From the NCBI RefSeq assembly GCF_016433145.1, contig NC_058136.1:19414854-19478853 (forward strand): a stretch of 64,000 nucleotides of DNA, read 5' to 3'. Below the pieces are notes generated by a model, which saw nothing but the letters and a program-made list of their open reading frames with translations, was not told the DNA's origin and searched no databases. Shown piece after piece: positions 60,721-64,000 of this stretch (positions are counted from its first letter, which is position 1; each line of letters opens with the position of its first letter). The stretch comes from Gracilinanus agilis (Eukaryota). The position numbers and the translations under genes are program-made.

Positions 60721-61591
60721 ACAAACTCCCTTTTTGCTTTAGAGCTCTTTAGAAGGATAGAAAGTTAGCGTTAGAATCAGAAGAAGCCTTCAGTTCAAAT
60801 CCAGCCACTTAATCTCTGTCTGCCTCAATTTCCTCAACTGTAAAATGGAGATTGTGATAGCACCTACTTCATAGAATTGTTGTAAAGGCCTTTGCCAACT
60901 TTAAAGGGCTGTAGAAACTCTCTATTCTCATTATTAGCAGATCGCTCCCTTTCTGTCTTCCTATATTCACAGAAACACGGATGTCCTCTGTTTGGCACCT
61001 TATCCTTGGCCGCCTCTTCCAGTGAGCCAGCTAAAATCCCAACTCCGTTAGGAAGCCCTTCCTGGTTTCCCCTTTCATTCTAGTGCAGTTCATCTGTTTG
61101 TTCTGTTTACTTCTGCTGTTCCTAGTTTGTGGGTGCAGAGTTGTTTCCATGTAGTCTCCCCCATCAGACTGGGAGCTCCTTGAGGGCAGGGATGACTGTC
61201 TTCTGTCCTTCAGATGCCCAGTGCCTGGCACAGTGTAGGCACTTAATAGATATCTACTGACCGATGGCTAGCTGCATCTTTTCTCATGTGTCCCAAGCCA
61301 GAAGGCCCAGAAAAGGAATGGAAATGCTCTTTTCTCCCCACTGCCACTTCCAGATCCCACCCGACTCCTTTGGTTCTAGCACTCAGAAGCCTCTCCTTTA
61401 TTGTCAGCTCCCTCTGTTGAGATGACCCTGTCCAGATCCTCATGGCTGCTACCTGCCAACTCCCAGGCCACTCTCCTTCCTTTCAGTACCCGGCTCACAG
61501 GTATCTCCCCTCTCCTGTAAACCTTGGGGGTGGAACTTCCATATTCATGGTGAGTATCACCCTCCCTCATGCCACCAACCTGCTAGAATCC

Positions 61592-62355
61592 CGTAACCTT
61601 GATCGCCTTGGTGGATTTTAAAATTAAAATGTTTATTAATTAAATTTAATTAATGTAATCAATTAAAATGAATTAATTAAAGCAAACTTTTAATTAAAAT
61701 CAATATCCAATATAGCCAAAGTATAATATTTATAGAGATTTATTAATATTTAACTAGAGAGCTAGAGAACACAGAGAACATTCCCCACTCACTTCACGTG
61801 GGGGAGAGAGAGAGAGGGGTGTTACCCAAAACTTATATATAATCTCACAAAAGACACAGGTAAACAGAAAGGAAAAGGAATTGTGAGTAACACAGAAAGG
61901 AATCCTGGGCAACGCAGTTCCAGGGGTTCAAGATTTTTCATCTATACACTCAGCTACCCACAAGGTGGTCCCACTCATACCTCTTATATATGGAACAGAA
62001 AGGGGCAAAGAGTAGCCAGAGATAAACACAAGTTAGGGCAGAGAACTGTCTGAATGTTAGAAATCCTTTTAACTGGGTATTCCAAACTCTTGTGACTGTA
62101 TTTATGACTTTTCATCTGATAGAAATCCATAAACTATAGAAGGGAACAATGTGGACCTGCAGGCCATTATATCGTCCCTAGGCTAAAAAAGGAGCGAATT
62201 GCTGTACCTAATATACAGGAGGTAGAGGAGAGAGCAGCAACCACAGCAAAGATCATACCCCAAGCCACGCAGCCAGGGAGAAGATAGGAATGTTCCCTCT
62301 ATCTAGGAGCAAGGAGGGATCAGAAAGGATTGTGTGCCAGCCACCCAATTCCACA
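61592..62355 (-). mobile_element. Solo LTR inserted in L2 sequence
   Basis: Minus strand begins TGTGGAATT (62355), TATATATAAG near 61835, AATAAA near 61635; L2-like flanks on both sides; TSD imperfect. Confidence 0.65.
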
Positions 62356-63764
62356 CTCCCAAGAGACGCCCAATGGTGTCTTTTCGTTCTTCTTTTCATT
62401 TGAATTGTGACCTCCATCCCTTCCATCCTCCTTATTCCACCAGGATAAAACTTACTCTGGACTCACTTTCTTCATAACCTTGATACTATCGTTGACCAAG
62501 TCAACCAAGTCCTGCCCTCCATCCATGAAGCCCTTTCTCTGTGTCATGTCCTCCCAATCCTCAACGCTGGATGACTCCTGCCAACTACTTTTTCTTTTTT
62601 CTTTTTTTTCCATTTAATAATTTTTATTTTTTAGAAAAGTTAACATGGTTACATGATTTGCCAACTACTTTTTCTACCTCTACTCCCAGGTGGTAGAATT
62701 CTGCTGGAGGAAATCACAATGCCATTTGTGCCAACTGGGTATATGGCAAATTCATGTAAAACAATCTCAATTGAGTCTCCACTGCTAGACATTCTTCCAG
62801 GTTTGACTATGACAATCCCTGCAAGGAACAGTTCAGAAATTTCCATCATCTCAGGCCCTCAAATCTGCCCACCTCTCTGTCTCTTGGCACATGATCTCGC
62901 CCCTAATTGAGGCCATCCATCAAGAACTTCTTTATCCCTCTCACTCCACAACTCAAAAGCCTGCTGAATTTTAATTTATCCTCTTCTCCTTGGCTATAGT
63001 CTCTAAGGAAGAGGTGGCCCCTTTCCCCACAAGGCTATTCACTCTGGGGACCTATTCCCCTTGTGGTCTGTCTGTGTGTCTCTCACATCCCACAGACTGC
63101 CAGAGTCCCAAAGTACCTATAGATACAATAAAGCACTTGTGCATTTATTCACTCCATGTAGTGCTATAGTTTCCATTTTTTGTTTCATTAATAGGAATTC
63201 ATTACAAGTATAATTTGGTTTAATATATTTGCTAATCTGTTGCACTGGCTTTTGGGGAGAGGGGACTTAGTGATTTCCACAGAAGAAGCAAATTGGCCAA
63301 TGGGGGAGGGGGGGGTAATTGTAGAACTTTGTTACATTTTAACTCTCCAAGGAGAAGACTTGTGTATAAGTTGAGAAACATCCAGCAATGTTAAGAGAGG
63401 AGCAAGGGAAGATGAGGCAAGGACAAATTTGGCTCATTCCCTGGGGGACCCCCCTGATTATGTAAGAGTATAACCAGATCTCTGGAGTGGCAGGATAAAA
63501 TTTTGACTAAGCCAATAGAGGAAGGAACTTGGCTTTTGGTAAGGTGGTTGTCTAGTAATGGCAAGAAGAGGAAAAGGACAGATAATGATATGAGGCATCC
63601 TCTCTACTCATGCCCAAGTAGCTCTCCGTAGTGGCACTCATCACTCCATCCAGTTTAGCAGTAGAGGAATACTTGACTTCCTACCCAATGGGGCTTGGGG
63701 ATAAGGAAGAAGGCCAGGCATTTTACAGAGAAGGGAATGGATTCATCAAAATGTCTGGCTAGAT

Positions 63765-63970
63765 CGGGGTGGGCAACCTTTTTGGCCATGAGAGCCATAA
63801 ACGCCACATTTTTTAAAATGTAATTTCGTGAGAGCCGTACAGTGCTCACAGTGCTGCTCCTGTAACAGAGCCTGAAAAAAAAATGGACTTTATGGCTCCT
63901 GCAGAAAGAGCCCTATCTGGCCCTCAAAAGAGCCAGATATGTCTCGAGAGCCATACGTTGCCGACCCCTG
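63765..63970 (+). mobile_element. hAT MITE (206 bp)
   Basis: TIRs CGGGGTGGGCAAC...GTTGCCGACCCCTG; perfect 8-bp TSD GGCTAGAT (63757-63764 and 63971-63978). Confidence 0.9.
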
Positions 63971-64000
63971 GGCTAGATCCTCACCTTAGATGTCAGACAG

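Noticed and set aside
21300-64000. BRS3 or HTATSF1, the eutherian neighbours of ADGRG4
   Set aside because: No exon with their recalled sequences was seen; they may lie beyond the window.
1-64000. tRNA, rRNA, snoRNA genes or CRISPR arrays
   Set aside because: tRNA-like boxes occur only as SINE heads; no rRNA or snoRNA recognised; the sequence is mammalian with no repeat-spacer array.

Overview
This is eukaryotic, repeat-rich mammalian DNA. The SINE1/MAR1-type CORE-SINEs, marsupial-type L1 3' ends and young hAT MITEs indicate a didelphid marsupial such as Monodelphis. Because it carries ADGRG4, it is probably the X-conserved region (inference). Two protein-coding genes are supported. The first is the last three clear coding exons of the adhesion GPCR ADGRG4/GPR112 (+, 278-5101), plus a probable terminal exon at 7178-7281. 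The second is a complete, intronless, highly conserved SSU72 CTD-phosphatase ORF (+, 20707-21288) under a CpG-island housekeeping-type promoter, i.e. a likely functional retrogene. The rest is mostly transposon-derived: L1, L2, CR1/L3, MIR/MAR1/SINE1-type SINEs, solo LTRs and at least five hAT MITEs. The most unusual element is a near-complete fossil Dong/R4 (restriction-like-endonuclease) retrotransposon at about 43.4-50.2 kb (-). Its N-terminal domain, RT core, zinc-knuckle region and RLE can still be read across nested insertions. Two further R4-like fragments are possible. Other points of note are a 135-codon antisense ORF inside an ADGRG4 intron, a CpG-gaining locus at 59-60.7 kb, several fold-back palindromes and two assembly features (168-N gap; single-N duplicated join). 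All family names and reference-protein comparisons are from recalled motifs, not database searches. Repeat boundaries are approximate unless a TSD is quoted. Many small decayed MIR/MIR3/L2 fragments are not listed individually.
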